In this document: piece after piece, positions 60,710 to 64,000 of the stretch
Numbering within the stretch: position 1 is the stretch's first letter
Layout: every line of letters begins with the position of its first letter
Source of the DNA: Gammaproteobacteria bacterium
Lineage (GTDB): Bacteria > Pseudomonadota > Gammaproteobacteria > Chromatiales > Chromatiaceae
DNA length: 64,000 nt
Assembly (NCBI GenBank): GCA_020445405.1
Contig: JAGRGQ010000004.1
Location: forward strand, 55,354-119,353
Direction: 5' to 3'
The notes under the pieces: generated by a model
What the model saw: only the letters and a program-made list of their open reading frames with translations
The model's database searches: none
What the model was told of the DNA's origin: nothing
Position numbers and translations under genes: made by a program

Positions 60710-63532
60710 ATGCTAAGTGATATTCTCAGCAAGGTCTTCGGCAGCCGCAATCAGCGGCTGATAAAGCGTATGTCGAAGACTGTTACACGCATCAATGCGT
60801 TGGAAGAGGGGCTGCAGGCTCTGTCGAATGAGCAATTGCGAGCCAGGACCGGGGAGTTCAGAGAGCGTCTCTCCAGCGGAGAGGGTCTGGACAATATCCT
60901 GCATGAAGCGTTTGCCGTAGTTCGCGAGGCCGGCCGGCGCAGCATGAACATGCGCCATTTCGATGTGCAGCTGATCGGGGGAATGGTACTGAATCAGGGA
61001 AAAATTGCCGAAATGCGTACCGGTGAAGGCAAGACACTGGTCGCAACGCTGGCGGTTTACCTTAACGCTTTGCCCGGTAAGGGCGTACATGTGGTGACCG
61101 TTAACGACTACCTGGCACGCCGCGATGCCGCATGGATGGGAAAAATCTACCACTTTCTGGGAATGACGGTGGGCGTTATAAACTCCTCCGGAGGATTAGG
61201 CCCGGATTCGTCCTCTTTTCAGTACGATCCCGCCGACGAGGGCAAAGAGAGCGGCACGCCGCAATTGCGCCTGGTTTCACGCAAACAGGCCTACGACTGC
61301 GATATCACCTACGGGACCAATAACGAGTTCGGTTTCGACTATCTGCGCGATAACATGGCATTCAGTGCCGACCAACGGGTCCAGCGGGAGAAGTTTTTTG
61401 CGGTGGTGGACGAAGTGGATTCCATCCTGATCGATGAAGCCCGAACGCCGCTGATCATCTCCGGCCCGGCTGAAGACAGCTCGGAGTTATACACCAAGAT
61501 CAACGGCATTATACCGAAACTGACGCGACAGGATCCTATCGAGGGAGAAGACGGTAAACCCGATTTCGGCCCAGGCGACTATTCTGTGGATGAAAAAGCG
61601 CGTCAGGTTTACCTGAGCGAGGATGGCCACCAGAAGGTGGAGGAGATGCTGGTGGAGATGGGATTGCTGGAGAATCAGTCCAGCCTGTACGATGCCGCCA
61701 ACATCAACCTGATTCATCATGTCTATGCCGCGTTGCGCGCGCATGTACTGTTTCACCGTAACGTGGAATATATCGTGCGCGATGGCCAGATTGTTATCGT
61801 TGATGAGTTCACCGGCAGGACCATGCCGGGACGGCGCTGGTCCGAGGGATTGCACCAGGCTGTGGAAGCAAAGGAGAGGGTTGCTATTCAGAACGAAAAC
61901 CAGACGCTTGCCTCGATCACTTTTCAGAACTATTTCCGCCTCTATGAAAAGCTGTCCGGCATGACCGGTACCGCCGATACAGAGGCACCCGAGTTCCTGC
62001 AGATCTATCGCCTGGAAGTGGTGGTGATCCCGACCAACGCACCCATGATAAGGGACGACAAGGGCGACCTGGTCTACCTGACGTCAGCAGAAAAATATGA
62101 CGCGATAATCGAGGATATACGCGACTGCGTGCAGCGGGGGCAGCCGGTGCTGGTGGGCACCGCTTCAATCGAAACCTCGGAGTTGATATCAAACATGCTG
62201 CAGAAGGAGAAGATCCAGCACCAGGTTTTGAATGCAAAGCATCATGCCAGAGAGGCGAACATCATTGCAGAAGCAGGACGCCCGGGCGCCGTTACCATTG
62301 CCACGAACATGGCGGGACGAGGCACCGATATTGTGCTGGGCGGCAATCCCGAAATGGAAATTGCTGCGTTGGCCAACGATTTGGATCCGGCGGCAGTTGA
62401 GACAATCCGCGAGGAGTGGAAGAGGCGCCACCAGCAGGTGCTGGATGCCGGCGGTCTGCATGTGGTGGGTACCGAAAGACACGAGTCGCGCCGCATCGAC
62501 AATCAGCTGCGTGGCCGTTCAGGCAGGCAGGGAGACCCGGGTTCGACACGTTTCTACCTCTCGCTGGAGGACAACCTGATGCGCATCTTTGCCTCCGATA
62601 GAGTCGCTTCCATCATGCAGAAACTGGGGATGGAAAAGGGCGAGGCAATCGAACATCCGTGGGTGACCAAAGCTATCGCCAATGCCCAGCGAAAAGTGGA
62701 GGGGCGTAACTTCGATATCCGCAAGCAGTTGCTTGAATACGATGACGTAGCCAATGATCAACGCAAGGTGGTCTACGAGCAGCGCAATGAACTGATGAAC
62801 ACGGACAACATATCTGACTCGATCACTGCACTGCATCAGGAAGTGGTCAACGCGTTGATCGATCAATACATACCGCCGGAGAGCCTGGAGGAGCAGTGGG
62901 ATGTTGCCGGCCTGACCAAAGCGCTTGAGCAGGAGTACGACGTTAAATATCCACTGCAACAGTGGCTGGATGAGGATGACACGCTGCATGAGGAGACGTT
63001 GCGCCAACGTATTATTGGAGAGATGACGCGTGCCTACGAAGCCAAAGAGGCGCTGGTTGGCAGCGAAAACCTCAGGCTCTACGAAAAGGCCGTGATGCTG
63101 CAGATTCTGGATGCGCACTGGAAAGAGCATCTGGCTGCGATGGACTACCTGCGTCAGGGAATTCATCTGCGCGGCTATGCGCAGAAAAATCCGAAACAGG
63201 AGTACAAGCGGGAAGCGTTTGAGATGTTCTCCTCGATGTTGAACGACATCAAAAAAGAGGTGGTTTCGGTCCTGACCCGGGTCCAGGTTCAGTCGCCGGA
63301 GGCGATTCAGGCGACTCAGCCGGCCCGATCCCAGGAGGACTTTCAGTTTCAGCACGAGGAGTTTTCCGGGTTCGGCGATGAGGATGCCGACATGCCGGGT
63401 AAGTCGTCCCAAGAGGGTGACACGGAGCCTCAGCAGCCCTTCGTTCGGACGGAGCGGAAGATCGGCCGAAATGAGCCCTGTCCATGTGGCTCCGGGAAAA
63501 AGTACAAACAATGTCATGGCAGTCTGCACTAG
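60710..63532 (+). CDS. secA: preprotein translocase ATPase SecA
   Basis: 940 aa. [52 protein letters not shown], and the C-terminal zinc finger [14 protein letters not shown]. Confidence 0.97.
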   Translation: MLSDILSKVFGSRNQRLIKRMSKTVTRINALEEGLQALSNEQLRARTGEFRERLSSGEGLDNILHEAFAVVREAGRRSMNMRHFDVQLIGGMVLNQGKIAEMRTGEGKTLVATLAVYLNALPGKGVHVVTVNDYLARRDAAWMGKIYHFLGMTVGVINSSGGLGPDSSSFQYDPADEGKESGTPQLRLVSRKQAYDCDITYGTNNEFGFDYLRDNMAFSADQRVQREKFFAVVDEVDSILIDEARTPLIISGPAEDSSELYTKINGIIPKLTRQDPIEGEDGKPDFGPGDYSVDEKARQVYLSEDGHQKVEEMLVEMGLLENQSSLYDAANINLIHHVYAALRAHVLFHRNVEYIVRDGQIVIVDEFTGRTMPGRRWSEGLHQAVEAKERVAIQNENQTLASITFQNYFRLYEKLSGMTGTADTEAPEFLQIYRLEVVVIPTNAPMIRDDKGDLVYLTSAEKYDAIIEDIRDCVQRGQPVLVGTASIETSELISNMLQKEKIQHQVLNAKHHAREANIIAEAGRPGAVTIATNMAGRGTDIVLGGNPEMEIAALANDLDPAAVETIREEWKRRHQQVLDAGGLHVVGTERHESRRIDNQLRGRSGRQGDPGSTRFYLSLEDNLMRIFASDRVASIMQKLGMEKGEAIEHPWVTKAIANAQRKVEGRNFDIRKQLLEYDDVANDQRKVVYEQRNELMNTDNISDSITALHQEVVNALIDQYIPPESLEEQWDVAGLTKALEQEYDVKYPLQQWLDEDDTLHEETLRQRIIGEMTRAYEAKEALVGSENLRLYEKAVMLQILDAHWKEHLAAMDYLRQGIHLRGYAQKNPKQEYKREAFEMFSSMLNDIKKEVVSVLTRVQVQSPEAIQATQPARSQEDFQFQHEEFSGFGDEDADMPGKSSQEGDTEPQQPFVRTERKIGRNEPCPCGSGKKYKQCHGSLH

Positions 63533-63744
63533 ACACACGCCGGCACTTTACTGTAAAACAGTTCGCCGGGACCATGCACGTACAGATGTTTTTCAGGCAA
63601 TTGCGGATCATTGAAATGGCAACGGATCGCAATTAAAAGCTCTGCTCCAGTTTAGGTTATGCACTCTTGGCAACTGCGCCGGTTTTGCGAGAGCGTATGA
63701 TATTTAACTCGATTTTGGAGCTTCTCGCGTCGGCAGGAAAATCA

Positions 63745-64000
63745 ATGACCGTTCAATCTCCAGCATTTATTCCAGTGGCAGGTGTCAGGCTGGGAAGCGC
63801 GGCGGCGGGAATCAGGTACCGGGACCGGCGGGATCTGGTTGTCGTCGAACTGGCGGCCGGATCTACCTGTGCGGCGGTATTTACCCGCAATCAGTTCTGC
63901 GCCGCACCGGTGATAGTGGCACGTGATCATCTGACCAGGTGTCAACCGCAATTTCTGTTAATTAACTCGGGTAATGCCAATGCCGGCACTGGTGATCAGG
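63745..64000 (+). CDS. argJ: bifunctional glutamate N-acetyltransferase / amino-acid acetyltransferase ArgJ (N-terminal part; runs off the window)
   Basis: Manual translation from ATG 63745 gives [63 protein letters not shown]...[24 protein letters not shown] and NSGNANA.TG are ArgJ hallmarks. secA-argJ adjacency matches Pseudomonas. Confidence 0.8.
   Translation, partial: MTVQSPAFIPVAGVRLGSAAAGIRYRDRRDLVVVELAAGSTCAAVFTRNQFCAAPVIVARDHLTRCQPQFLLINSGNANAGTGDQ

Noticed and set aside
63550-63562. The palindrome ACTGTAAAACAGT just after secA was considered as a LexA/SOS box.
   Set aside because: The spacing is wrong for the gammaproteobacterial CTGT-N8-ACAG box. It is more likely a small 3' hairpin.

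Overview
This is a chromosomal window from a moderately GC-rich gammaproteobacterium, and it is almost entirely core housekeeping. All product calls rest on motif recognition in the supplied translations, because no database search was possible.

Gene order, left to right:
- partial apbE and gshB
- a Pil-Chp twitching-motility chemosensory cluster (pilG, pilH, pilI, pilJ, chpA, chpC-like)
- a minus-strand methyl-cycle block (metK, then SAH riboswitch-ahcY-metF-unknown membrane protein-rsmE)
- a thioredoxin-fold gene
- a Calvin/glycolysis-type operon (tkt, gap, pgk, class II fba)
- srkA and purC
- a short patch of small, poorly characterised genes: Lys-rich DUF2934 protein, hypothetical, orphan ParS/MbcA-like antitoxin, MBL hydrolase with a Cys-less HMA-like protein, and dodecin
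- a complete seven-gene MoxR/DUF58/DUF4381/VWA/VWA/TPR/BatD (Bat-type) operon
- argD and argF
- RNase P RNA
- a full dcw division/cell-wall cluster (mraZ through ftsZ, including murB), then lpxC
- a DUF721/DciA-like gene, an M23 peptidase, secA and the start of argJ

Synteny is Pseudomonas-like at gshB-pilG and at lpxC-DUF721-M23-secA-argJ. I found no tRNA or rRNA genes, transposases, integrases, CRISPR arrays or recognisable defence islands.

I do not see convincing evidence for a wholly new multi-gene system. The best leads are small-scale:
- a structured, terminator-containing metK leader that looks like an unassigned SAM-type riboswitch or attenuator
- an uncharacterised ~12-TM His-motif membrane protein translationally coupled inside the SAH-riboswitch-controlled ahcY-metF-rsmE operon
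- an untracked 52-codon ORF that exactly bridges the unusual murC-murB gap, with overlaps at both ends
- unusual low-complexity expansions in BatC and BatD
- an orphan ParS/MbcA-like antitoxin gene
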